Below are positions 24,551 through 37,423 of a stretch of DNA of 64,000 nt, piece by piece. How positions within the stretch are numbered: position 1 is the first letter of the stretch; every line of letters starts with the position of its first letter. The translations under genes and the position numbers were made by a program. The notes under the pieces are model-generated. The model searched no databases. It saw nothing but the letters and a program-made list of their open reading frames with translations, and was not told the DNA's origin. Origin of the DNA: Hydrolagus colliei (taxonomy: Eukaryota); contig CM068760.1 in assembly GCA_035084275.1 (NCBI GenBank), positions 4,588,001-4,652,000 of the forward strand. The letters are read 5' to 3'.

Positions 24551-26063
24551 CTGTAATCAACAAAGAGATCAGAGTCAGCGGAACTCCACCGCCTCAAGTA
24601 ACACGAGAGCCTGAATCTCTCGCTTGCGTCTTTGCCAAGCGGATCCCTACGACACACACCAACAGCTCATGTTTAAACGTCAACGCTTCATCCCTCGGGG
24701 TTGGGGGCGGAAGCGAATCAGGGTATAAGGTTGGGAAGAAGCAACTCCAACTAAAGATCTGTCAACAACTAGATAAGTAGCGGCTTCAAAACTCAAGAGT
24801 CTTAAGGTAAATTTCTGTGGATGTGTACTGATTCCCTTCCTTTCATCTAAAATCATTGAATTTTGTCTTTGACTGCTCAGGGCTATTCCAAAGAAGCCCT
24901 TTGTAAAGAGAGCTCTTGAGAGTAATAAACCTAGTGTATGGCATGAGCTGCAGATGATTTCTAATAATGAAAGGCTGCTTTGCTTTGCTGTGCTGTATTC
25001 TCTTTGGCTTGTATGGACTGCTACTGGCTTAGCTTCAAGATTCTGCCCTGGAATAAAATAGATAAATTGGAGCTAGTCACGAGAAGGCTGCTAAAGCCTG
25101 AATACATTCCTCTTATTGTGTAACGCAAGCCAACACCCACTGGCACTTCGAAATGCCAGCCACAGGACATACACCAAACCTCTGTTAAAGTAGTGAATGA
25201 AATACATTTTCCTGTTCCCTTTTGTCAGCTTCACGTTTTGACGGCGGTCGGCACCTCTCCGCGTATAATACACACGCACAGTACTCTTTCACCGATACTG
25301 TTCCATCATCCCCCCCACCACCCCCCAATCCCAGCCCCCACCTCCCCGCAACATCCCCTTTAATAAAATATAGACTCGCAAAGCTTAATACTGTATTTTG
25401 CCAATTGATGGAATCAAAGAGGCTGCCTACAGCATTTATAATAAATTATTCTAATGACTGGCTTTTTCATGCACTACTGGGACCCACTTAGGAATGCAAC
25501 TTAGAAGTGCGTTGTGAGGAAGGTTTTTTTTAAAAACGGCTGTGGTTGACTGAGTAGTGCTGTTTTTCCCCCCCTCTCTTCGCTACCTTTCCAGCGCAGA
25601 CTGTGTGGTCTCATAAACAAGGGAAACCTGCCTCTTCCCCACTTTTGTTTTTATCTTTTAATTTCACACTTGATGCGGTTGTTAAACATGCAGGGCAGGG
25701 GAGTGGGGGTGGGGGTGGGGTGGGGGGGGGATATGGGGAGGAGAAGGGAAGGACCTTATGGTCGTAGCAGTAATAATCATAATTAATGATAACAGGGGGA
25801 ATAATCTGGGGATTTCATACAGCGCTTTCCATGTCCGTGGGACCTCTTAAAACGTTTCACAGGATTTACTGTAAATTGTAGTTACTGTGTGTTTTGCAAT
25901 CCTTCTTCTCTTACAGTGCAGGGTTACCATGCACTAACTGAGCCCCACTGTGTCTGTGAGCCGTGCCCACACTTATCACCTACTCTACTACTTTACAACG
26001 TATCCTGTGAAGCGCTTTGTGACATCTGTCCTACGTGTCTTCTGATTATCATCACCATGCTCA

Positions 26064-26380
26064 GTAGCTCAGTGTAGCTCAGTGGTTAGAGCACTCAGCT
26101 TACAAGCTTGAGACCTGCGTTCGAATCCAGAGCGAAACCTTGGGCAAGTTTCCTTACTCCACACACATGCTTAATAATAATCCCTCCAAAAAAACACAAT
26201 AATAAAAATTGGTAATTTCAATCCACGGCTGTTTGTGGGGACACTGCTGAGCGCAATTGGCTGCCGCGTTTCGCCCACAAATACACAGTCAATTCACTTT
26301 ACAGTATACTCTGTGAAGTGCTTTGAGACGTCTAGAAGACGTGAAAAAAGCGCTATATCAAATTCAAGGATTATTAATAT
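26064..26380 (+). mobile_element. Young SINE, full length, with duplicated A-box start
   Basis: gtagctcagt-gtagctcagtggttagagc head, gttcgaatcc B box, canonical core and tail. Confidence 0.92.
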
Positions 26381-26400
26381 CATTGGGCTTAATTAGAATA

Positions 26401-27371
26401 CAGGTAGCGAAGAGGTTAGGGACTTTGAAACTCCTCGGAAAGCGAGAATTTCGTTAAGTGGGTGGGAGATCCCTACTGTGTTTCTGTATGTGAAAACAAT
26501 CAGTTTTGTTCCCAGCAGTGCCTAGCGCTAACATTTGCAGTGTACCAGCGAAGGCATAAGGTAGGTAGAACTGCTATTGAAGCCTGCAATACTTTAATTA
26601 CAAGATTGAAAGATGAAAGAATAAAAGACGAAAAATGTTTGGTTTGTTCACCTGAACAGTATCTTATTTAGCAATTTTTTAACACCGTAACAAAACAAAA
26701 GTTCCCGTACAATAAGACGAGATGAGGAGTAGGGAGGAGGTCTACGTTTTAATTGTTGGCGGTGGAGGAGGAGGCTGGAGAATCAGGAGAATCTGGTGAC
26801 AAATCAATAGGCTTTGGATCGTACTTTGCAGCGGTGTATAACCTCCCTCCTTGATAATTTTCCTAAGTTCATCTGGTTCATAATGTTCGCCGCAGCATCT
26901 GCACTAGCAGCTTCCCCGCACATCTTGATAGGATGTAGTCTGTATCGCTTTTGAAAACGATCAAGCCACCCATTGTTAGCAGCAAAAGACTCCGCTGGCT
27001 TTTTCCGAGTAGCGTCATGTGGTTGCTGTGTGGGCCTCCTCTTGGATTATACTGGCGGAGAGGGGGCAGTGGCGTTCGTTCTGGTCTTCGATCCATCTTC
27101 AATTCCAACGTGGTGGACTTCCTTTTCTTCGATGGGGGTGGCGATGTTTCGAATGGACATTTAGGTGGCATACCATGAAGTAAGTGTATGTAGCTTCCTC
27201 GACTGAGACCGAGGGTGTACTGCGGGGGCAGCCGGGAGACGAGAAGCGCGCGAGATTTAAACTTTCGCTATAGCGAACGCAGCCTTCTCTAAGCGCATAG
27301 GAGGTACAAATACAAACCCTCGTTATAGTGAAGTTTCGGTAACCGGGCTTTTGCTAAGCGAGATCTACCCA
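26401..27371 (-). mobile_element. Internally deleted Tigger/pogo-like DNA transposon with transposase N-terminal remnant
   Basis: Ends TA|caggtag and ctaccca|TA; Tigger-like subterminal motifs (tttcgttaag, ttcgctatagcgaa, ctcgttatag). The ORF starting at 27171 reads MPPK...PPSKKRKSTTLELKMD, like the KKRKxITLExK CENP-B/psq-type N-terminus of Tigger transposases. Confidence 0.7.
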
Positions 27372-28208
27372 TATACAGTACCACGAAGAGGCTCGATGGG
27401 GTGAATGGCTATAATTCCCTGAACACACACCATCTGAAATATGCCAAGTAGGCAGCAACCAGCTTTGAGCAGATTGTCTCCAGTAATTTCTTGAGAGCGA
27501 CATTCTCTCTCTCTCTCTCTCCAAAAAGATGTGGTCACTGGATCCACGACTGTTTGTGTCAGTGACGCTGCTGCGTGCAAGCAATTGGCATTTGTGGTTT
27601 GTTCCACAAAATTCACACTTGACCCCAGTTCACGCTATACCCCGTGAACTGCTCCGAGGCGTCTCAACAATGAGATGCAAGCAATATTATCATTACAACC
27701 TAACCTCTGATAGCCCTCCCCCTTGTTCTCGCTTTGTAGAACAGAACCTTCTGTGTATACCATTCACGGATTAACACATGCGATTGAATTGCCTCCGCCA
27801 TTAGTTTCTGACAGGTTCTCTGATCAACACAGGTGAGGTTTTTACATCTCTTCTGTTTCACGGGCAATTCGGTCTGGCACTTTTCCCCACCGGCTCCAGC
27901 TTCGCTCACTCTATGTAGTGTTTCAAAGGCAAAGACTTCGGAAGTTGGCACATAGTTGACTTCAGTCTTAAGCTTTGAGGTTGGCGAAGAATGAGAATAA
28001 AACTCACGGAAAAAACGGGTTTAGAAATAAAGACTGCGTTAAAAGAGCTTGCCAAATTCCGAATGTTCTCAAATGCTAAGGAAATAGCGTAAATCTAGAC
28101 CCAGATGGAATTTCTAGCCTTGACACGAGGCAAACTGGCTAAAGTTACAATACCCATTATGCTTTCTACTTTGCTGCAGTTAAACCCCTTGCAAACATTC
28201 TTAGGTTT

Positions 28209-28283
28209 AAGTGCTCTGAGATACCGTCCAGCGTAGAGGACGCTATACAAATCCAAGTTGTTGTTGAAGTTATTGTTGTTGTA
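28209..28283 (+). mobile_element. L2 LINE 3' tail
   Basis: aagtgctctgagataccgtccagcgtagaggacgctatacaaatccaa(gtt)n; same as the tails at 2015, 31934 and 53032. Confidence 0.75.
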
Positions 28284-29259
28284 GGTTCTCACATTAACAA
28301 ACAATTTCAGCCTCGGGGCTGACATTTGGGGGCTCACAGCGCAATTAGAACCCTCAATTTGATTTTTTTTCCCACAAACAAATTAATCCCGGAAGATCTA
28401 TCCTTCCCCGCTGTTCTGGTCTGACTGCCGACGGCAAAGGCGAAGTGGAAAGAAACCATTTCCGAAATCGATTCATCCTGTGGAATGGGGCATCGCGTGA
28501 GACAAGGGGAGGAAAACTGTGGGAATTTTCAGGGCGTCTTAAGTGGAGCACACTGTGTGCGTTCCTCCAAGCACTGCAGCTGAAAGCCAAGATTAAAAAA
28601 AAACCTCTATTGTCCTCTGTAAAAGGAGCTGCGGTGAGTGTTGTTATGTTTCAAAACTTCGGTGGCTGCGTTTTGTTCTTTGCCCATATGGTTCTGGTGG
28701 AAGTTATAAATACGACGCCTTGCAATTTGCGAACCGTTTTGGACCTGCTGGGAGGGGAAGAGGCAGCCGTTGCACAACCTAATAACGGGAAACGGGCTGC
28801 GGAGAACAAAAGTCTATCTGTTAGTAGCACAAAAGCTGCCTCTACCACATCTGCACATCAGCCTGCAGCACACAGGGAGCACAGATCCAGCTGGAAACTC
28901 CAGCTTGTAGGGGAAAAATAAAAAGAGGACATCACGCACTGGATTCCTGCAGAGTCTCAAAGGTCGTATTGTTCTAGAGTCACAGCAGTCTTGAGTTAAC
29001 AGCTTGGGCTTCGTCCTCCAAATCGGTCAAGTCTTTGGGTTTACAGACTCCCTCGACAGCACATTTTGTTTGTCCCTCCCTCCCTCCTTCCTCCCCTCCC
29101 TCCCTCGCCTGCCCGCCCACCCTTCCGCCCGCCCAACCACCCGCAGACCCACGCACCCACCCATCCACCCTCACTCAATGGAACCCCTCTGGCTCTCAGC
29201 GGGTTCCTCAATGCGTTGAAGGAAAATGAAATGATTGAAATGTCTTGTGCGGTGCACAT

Positions 29260-29283
29260 TGTCTGTCTGTCTGTCTGTCTGCC

Positions 29284-29326
<43 letters not shown>

Positions 29327-29383
29327 GCGTGCGTGCGTGCGTGCGTGTGTGTGTCAGTCAATCAGTCAGTCAGTCAGTCAGTG
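29260..29383. repeat. Compound microsatellite (GTCT)n-(GCGT)n-(GT)n-(CAGT)n
   Basis: Seen directly. Confidence 0.95.
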
Positions 29384-31650
29384 AGTTCCAGGGCAGCGAT
29401 GGGGAAAGTCAGGGCAAAGTTGAGCTCCGTATGAAGCTGGGGAACTGCACGGCTTGGCACCCATCCAGCCAGGACGCCTTTGGCTTGCAGGCAATGAGGA
29501 CGTGCTTTGTAGTGAAAGTCTGTCTTGAATTACTCGGATTTTCCAGATCTCTTCTTTTTAATTTCCCTTTGATCTCTTTATTCGATGATTTGGCACGGTT
29601 TCGGGCAGCATTCTTTCCTCCTCCTCACAGAAGTACGGTGTATATAAATATATATATATATATTCTTTCCATTCATTCCCTTTACGAATTCCATTTTCCT
29701 TGGGTTTCATTCTCCAGTCCCGCTTCCCACATAATCCACCCGAGCTCGTTGGCCGCGGGGCCAACAGCTGCATTCCTGAATCTCCGCGCTAGGATTTTTT
29801 TTGGCTTCAATACGCAGAACATCTAATAATGATCACGGGAAAGCGAGTGTTACCCCCCCACTTCCAGGTCATTCATCGCGCTCTGGCTTACACGCGAACC
29901 ATTAAGAACTGGATGATGTGTTGTCTCTTCTCTTGCATACTCCAATTCACACCCCACCCAAAAAAAATAAGTCACTGATTAACCTCCTCACAAAATGTCT
30001 TCTGCGCACGCCTTCTCGCTGGTCACTTCACGTCCAGAAAACAGCGTCATCCCTGACGTTCTCACTCTGCGAGCCCATGCTCCGAATGAGCCTGCCAGTT
30101 GCTATCTGGTTCCCTTTTACCATAGCCGATTTCTGCCCAGGTTCCTTCTACCCTCCTTCTCCTTCTCCAAAAGGTTTCCAGTTCCACTTGCTCTTCCATA
30201 GTCTGGCTCACTCTTGCTTCTGGCTCAGGAGGTTGTTGGTCGAAGCCGATTGAATGTCGGGATTTTGAGTTAACAGTTTAGGTTGACGCTTCAATGCTGT
30301 GCTGGGGTGGGTGGTGGGGGTGGTGGGGGGGGGGGGGGGAGAGATGCTACATTGCAAAACGTGAAACTGAGGAACCAGTTCAAGTGGACATTCAAATACA
30401 CTAATCCAACTAATTATGACACTAATTCAAAAAGAGAAGGGAGTTCCAGCGTGCTGGGCAACAATTCTCCTTTTGAAATTAGTCAATCCCTCTTTTACCA
30501 ATGTTTTTTGTGGGGTATCGCTGTGCGCGCATCGCCGACAAACACAGCAATCGCACAGAAAATCCCGTCGAGTAATTTCGAGACTGAACGGTTCTGGTAC
30601 GTCAGGATTATAAAATATTTACAGACAGATAGAACATCCACTGTTTGTGATAGTGCACAAGTCGTTTCTCAGTGCTGGACATTGCGCCAATAAGCAATTT
30701 ACAATGGATTACAGTACTACTACCTTGTAGCTCTGCCAACAGCCTCTGTCTCCACAAATATAAAGCAAATTAAAAAAACCGTCAGAAAGTAATTACTGCA
30801 ACAACTCGCCTTTTACACAGTTTTTTTAAAAAAAGAAAAATGTATAAACCACTCGCTGTCCAGTCACAGGCTTGTCTGTCGACACAGACAGCCTGTCCTT
30901 TACAACCCACTATTGCCGGCAGTCAACTCTACCAACTGATTCTCGTCCAGGAACAGAACCAGTGAAGAGTGATGAACACTCGCAGCTCTCTGGGGAAAAG
31001 TGCAGTGATTTCTTACATCGTCTTCCGACTGGCGCGGTTTCTCGGGTTTTCTAGGTGGGGGGAGTTATTTTCATCTTCATTTACCCATAACGAAAAGCAT
31101 AAGCGAAGGAGGAGGGAGCGAGTTATTTGAAAAAGCGTGGTTTTATTTTGCTTGCCTGCTCAATGAAACACGGGACAACGATAGCTTTTCCCTCCCCCAA
31201 TCCCCCCCCAAAAACGAATATGTTTACATCAGAGAGACACGCAGGGTTACACTTTCTTTCACGTCTTTACACTTGCGTTTCTTTTGTTGGCGGAGCAACA
31301 TGACGCAAATGTAACGATACCCTACTTTTTCATCTTTACTGGCGTTTAAGTAGACACGGTCGTGTCCCTCACAGGGCAAGACTAAGCGCTATAAAAATAA
31401 ACGTAATTCCTTTGGAATTACGGGATGTTGAGCTTTACAGCGTTGGGACACGAGTGAAGCATCGCCGTGCTATATCCAGATATGAGGAGAAAATATCTGA
31501 CCACATGTCGGTGATCGGATTCAAGCCTCACACTGTCCGAATTGAGCTTCCACCAACAACCGGAGACAGGCACAAATTAGTAGCAAGAACCCTGCCTCCG
31601 TTGGGTCATAATCGCCCAAGATCGCTGAAGCCAACTGTCTCGCCTCACAA

Positions 31651-31993
31651 CCCCACTACCTCTCTGACCTCCTCTCTCCTCGCAGCAATTCTCGCGCCCT
31701 CCATTCTACTGCTGGTTCTGGCCTCCTCCTTGTCCCACTCCGAATCATCCACTCCACCATCGGCGGCCGTGCTTTCAGTCACTCCGCCCCAAAACGCTGG
31801 AACTCCCTCCCTCAATCCCTCCACCTCAACCCCTCCGTTTCCATTTTCAGGTCGCACCTAAAGACCTTTCTGTTCGACCGTGCCTACGGTCACCTTCCCC
31901 CTCCCGTGGCTCGGCCTCGGGCTCCGCTATTGTGAAGCGCTCTGAGATGCCGTCTGGCGTGGAGGGCGCTATATAAATCCAAGTTGTTGTCGT
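31651..31993 (+). mobile_element. L2 LINE 3' end (ORF2 C-terminus plus tail), 5' truncated
   Basis: Frame from 31657 reads YLSDLL...STIGGRAFSHSAPKRWNSLPQSLH...FRSHLKTFLFDRAY, the typical L2 ORF2 end, followed by a stem-loop and (gtt)n tail. Confidence 0.88.
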
Positions 31994-32953
31994 TAACTGG
32001 GCGCAAGCCAGCGGACAATTCTGACACCACATCAGAAGCCACGGGGTGGAACTTGTTTTCCACCTACAGTACTTTAAAATCACAGAACTCAATCACACGC
32101 TACTCTGCTACTCAACAAGGCGACTCATATATTTGCTCCCAAACATTCCACATGCCTATTGAGTTGCGGAGTAAGGCTCCTCTTGTGCTACCGTAAAATT
32201 CATTCCATACTCTGGGTAAGTTTCAATAGCGTTAGCTGAGATGTCTTTTACTGCCAACCAAAGTCACATTATGGACCGGTTAACACACACACACACACAA
32301 GCAAACTGTACACACACACACCGAGGCATTGTCCAAATGTTTCACAGTGAGGAGGTTAAGCTGATCATCACTCTGCCAATCCAGGCTGGATTCAACATGA
32401 AAAGATGGGAGTCAAATTTGTTTTGCCACCCAGTCCTAGTGATCCTATTTCTAAACCATCCTGATGACACAAAGGGCATTGGGTTGAATCTTTTTTTGTT
32501 CGCGAAACACAACATGAAACTGATAAATAGCCCCATTTGTACAGCCGTGCAAAGAGGCATTGAGGCCACGATGCTATAAAGGTGTCTTTATTGTCGGAGG
32601 CTTGTGTCACATAATACCTGGCGTGAAATTTTATCCCCGAACATTTGGCTCGTTTAAAAAGCATCCACACTTCGAACTGACATTCCCCCCCCATTCCTTC
32701 ACTGCACAATGGCTCAGGTGTAATAGCTCATTTCCTCTTGCTGATAATGTGCTTCAGTCGAGCAGGGTCGGAGGGAGCCGAGAGAAAACGGGCTCGAAAG
32801 ACGCAGAGGGACCTCAACGACATTGCAAATCCACAGCTCGGCTTCAGTGTTCACAGAGAGCGATGGTGATTTAGAAGTGGGAATGTGGTGATTCTCACAT
32901 CACTGCCGATAATTATCACATCACATGTCATAATTTTTTTTGCACAGACACAT

Positions 32954-33127
32954 ATAATAATAATGCTTGCATTTTGATATACAGCGCTTTCCATGTCTTC
33001 TCGACGTCTGAAAGCGCTTCACAGAATAATGCTGTAAAGTGAATTGACTGTATATTTGTGGGCGAAACGCAGCAGCCGATTGCGCACAGCAGCGTCCCCA
33101 CAAACAGTGGTGGAATGAAATAACCAA
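32954..33127 (-). mobile_element. Young SINE, 3' half
   Basis: rc of core and (att)n tail; adjacent to older DeuSINE-core fragments at ~33130-33420. Confidence 0.85.
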
Positions 33128-36100
33128 AGCCCCATCTGCCTGTTCAGGTGGATGTTAAAGACCCCGCACACTGTTTGATAAAGTCGAGGATGTTTCCTTC
33201 TGGCCACTACCAGTCCCCCAAATAAAATTCCTCATTCACTTCATGGCTGTTTGCAGGGCCCAACTGTGTACAATTTGGTTGCCACCTTCGCCCAGAGAAT
33301 ACACAGAAAGGAAAAAAACTACCTTCTCCTTTCAAATAGTGCCATGCACCTGAACAGGCCAGACGGAGAGGACCTCAGTTTAAAGTCTCATCCAAAAGAA
33401 GGTACTCTATAATGCAGCGCTTAGCCAACACTCCATTGGAAAAGTGTTGGTTCCTCCAATGAAGCCATCTTTCCTAATCCCAATTCCCTGCTCTTTTCTC
33501 ATAACCCAGACCTACATTCCAGGGGACTCGTGGGATTCAGAACGTCCGTGCTGGCAAGCCCAGCGTGGGCAGGAATGATGATGTGATTTATAACCGCAGT
33601 CACAGTGTGAGCATGGCTTCAGTCAAAAGGCAACAAATGAAAGGAAAATTCAGCACAGATATTGGTCATTCTAAAGAACAATATTTTCCTAGTTCTTGCA
33701 TGTCATGGGAGACCTTTTCCATTGTGCCCTTGACTTTAAACAGAACACTGGCGAAGGAAAACTGAGCGCTTTGCTGAAAAGTGTTCCTCTTTGTTTTTTG
33801 ACCTCCGTCAACTGGAAGCTGATGATGGCTTCTGTGAGGACTTCATTAGCCAGTGCTCTAGGGAGCTGCAGAAAGAGAGTGGATTTGGATAGCACCTTAT
33901 CGCTTTGAAGGATCTCAGAACACTTCACAATGAACTGCTGTCAAATGATGGCACAGGTGGCAGCCAAGATGTACACAAAGCCCCACAAGCAACCATGAGG
34001 TGAAAGACCAAGTAAACTGGAGCTTGTTGGCCAGGACACTGAGAGGAAAGGAACTCCCTTCTCGTTTTGTATCTTGTCATTGGATCTTTGAGGTCCAACC
34101 AAAGAACAGACAGATGTTTAAAGTCTCATCCAAAGCACCAGCACATCTGGCAATTCAGTGTTCCCGCAATAATACGCTGAAGTGAGTGTCAGTTGGATGT
34201 TAAAGATCCCATGACGCTATTGGAAATAGGGAAGGGAGTTCCTCTCAGTGGCCTGTACGCCACAGTCTTCCGCAGATTAATGGGTCGTCACCTTCACGTT
34301 ACCTGTCGGTGAGATCTTCCTGTGTGCATTGCAATCACAACTGACATTTACGCAGCACTGCTTCGTATGGGGGAGCTTCGTATGGGGGAGCATTATGACA
34401 GGTTTAATAGTATTACAAGTGTGGTGACAAATGCATTATGCTCAAGCAGAGTTTTGCAGTTTTCACCAACAACGGCAGAGTGGAGAGAGTGCATACAAGG
34501 AGTTTCTATATCCATTGCTGGTTACACAGGCACAAGCGAAATATAACGCAATTTGCTCACAGCTGCACATAGTTTGTATGAGGCTACAAACCCTTTGCTC
34601 CTCAGACAGAGACACAGCCTGTAATTTAGCTAAATACAGCGAGCAAAGCCGCGACTTACTGCTTTAAGCACAAAAATGATTTAGAAAAAAAACTACGTTT
34701 AAAAAGAGAGCAATGTTACTATTATTTTCCTTGGAACGATTACAAAAAGTTGTCCAGGACAAAGATGAATACAAATTGTCATCAGGTTTCACACGCGCTG
34801 TTCAATACGGTCCAACGAAAGAAAAATCACATGAAAATATTTTTAAATCGAGCGATCAAACGGACGACTCCCACCAGTTCAGGGATGGGTCCTTTTCAAA
34901 GTGCTACACAGATGGCAAAACAAGCACATAGTTTTCCTAACCACTACAGAAATATCTTAAACATTATTCAACACACAGGAAAAAGCCATCCATTCCGTCA
35001 AACAGTAGGGCTCTGTCTCTCAGACCCCCCTTTTTTTTTTCTCTCTCTCTCTCTCCCTCTCCTTCTCTCTGTGCAGTGAGAAGCACAAAGAAGCCATTTC
35101 TGCCCCTGACCACAACAAATTAACGTGTGGGAGCAGGCATGTGAATGGTCTCTCTGAAGAACTAAAATACAGGCCCCCAGAGCTCCACCAACAACACAGA
35201 AAACCTGACCCTTCACCTCAGCTCAGCAGTAACAACAAGGATTAACTGTGAGAACGGCAGGAGCCAGGCCAACTGCTCACAGCTCTGACACTCCCGGACA
35301 AGATCTTAAGCTTCCCTCCTGGATAATTTAATTGGGGCTGCCGTTAACCCTTGCCGGGCGCCTCGCAACCTCCCGACTTGCCCGAATCCCCCAACTGCGT
35401 TTCGTCCACCGTCAACGCCAAAGTGAGAGTAATGCCGCGATTTCTCCAAACGGAACTGCAGTGGGTGTGATGTTATTTCATCACGTGAAATCTTGTACGT
35501 GCGCATTGTACCTAAGAGAGGGTCCATTAATTATTCCTTGACTTTCTTGTTCTGGAGCGGTTGTGAATCCCTGAACTGCGGTGTTTTAGGAGCAAAACAG
35601 AACCTCAACAGGATCTTCAATCAATTGCTCAAAGGAGAGAGACGTCAATGAGAGTATAATAGGAGGAAGGGGGTAAGTATGGCAATAGTGCAGGAATACA
35701 CTGTCTCGTAGAAACAGACATGATAAGCTAACTCGGGCTTATTGTGTGTCATCTGCTCTCCAAGACCCTCAAGTCTGGAACTCTCTCTCGCCCTCCCTTG
35801 CCTCTTTCAAGACCCATCTTCGGTTACTCTTCTACCCCTACCCTCCCCGCCCCTCCTGACTCCAACCACCAGCTCAGGTGTGGATCCTTAACTGTCCAGT
35901 GCTTTGGGAACATCCTCTTGACGTGAAAGGCGCCGTACAAACGTAATTTGTCATCGTTGTTGCTGTCCCCACTCTATCTGTCATTAATTATTCCTCTAAT
36001 ACAAACAAAAACTTATTTCTCACCCCCTGTTGCTGTGAATTTGAAGCATTCTCTCGTGGTGAGATACGCTTTCGTTGTTGGTTCTGAGGCACCTCACTGG

Positions 36101-37094
36101 AGCCATTACACAGACAGACATCCAAGGCACTTTCTGCCTATTAACTCAAAAACGATTCGAATTTGTCTGTTGAACATTAACTCTTTAATAAGAGTCCAAA
36201 GAGGGCTCAGTGAGGGCCTAATTCGTTTTGCTGCTCGTCCCCCCCATTAAAGACCAGAACTTAAATCAGTTTACTCAACACTCACACACTCAACCAGCCA
36301 AGAACAACAGTAGTTTTTTTTTAACTCGGACTTCCCGAGAGCCAATTATTCGCACATGTTGAATGAGTGTGACTGTCATGAAGGGACGCAAGGCACTTCA
36401 CAGCAACAACTTGGGAGTACCAATGCAACCTATGATGTACTGATTTGACACACAATATATACAGTCATGCGGTGCACACATTCACCTCTGGCACATCACA
36501 GCTGACGTAAAGTTGGCTCGATAAAAAAGAGGGACGTTTCTCCCAGGGTCCTGTCCTGCCCCAACGCCCCTCCTGATAAAATTAAATACTGACCCGAAAG
36601 ACTGTTTGTGGGACTTTGCTGTGTGCAAAAATAACTGCCACATGTGCCTGTAAAAAGGTCACCATAGTCACTCACATTAATCGCTGTGTAGCGCTAAATT
36701 ATTTATTTATTTACTAGTATTATTTATTGAGATATTTCAGTGCAGTAAGATGCTGTAAGAAAAAACTTTTATTTCCTTGCATTTTGCAAAAAACATCCAA
36801 CGCGCGCGCGCTCGGACTGACTTCCAACACATCACAAGGATCACTGGATCCGTATTTCATTTGCAAATAACTTCTACACTGACCGCAGCTTTGCACTGAT
36901 CTTCAATAATAAACCTCCTGTAAGGATACATTTCTAAAAGTGAGCTTCTTGGCTGTCACACAATTATGGAGGCTGCCCCAGCATTTGATACAACGCCTTT
37001 CAATTCAGACGGACAGCTCAAAGCTCTTCGTAGGATTCACTGTAAAAAGGAGCGACTATGTGTTCCATGGGCAAACACCGTGGGCAATTTATGT

Positions 37095-37423
37095 ATAATA
37101 ATAATCCTTGAACTTGACATAGCGCTTTTCACATCTTCTAGACGTCTCAAAGCGCTTCACATAATATATACTGTACAGTACTGTAAAGTGAGTTGACTGT
37201 ACATTTGTGGGCCAAACGCGGCAGCCAATTGCGCACAGCAGTGTCCCCCACAAACAGCTGTGGATTGAAAGGACCAATTTTATTCTTGTGCGTTTTTTTT
37301 TAGAGGGATTATTATTAGGCGTGTGTGTGGAGTAAAGAAACTTGCCCAAGGTTTTGTCCTGATCTGCCTGGATTCGAACACAGGTCTCACGCTTGCAAGG
37401 CGAGTCTCTAAGCTACAGGACTC
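37095..37423 (-). mobile_element. Young SINE, near full length (A box partly deleted)
   Basis: Family consensus on the reverse strand. Confidence 0.9.

Noticed and set aside
29041-29826. ORFs with repetitive VCLS/TDRQ peptides
   Set aside because: Produced by the stop-free compound microsatellite.
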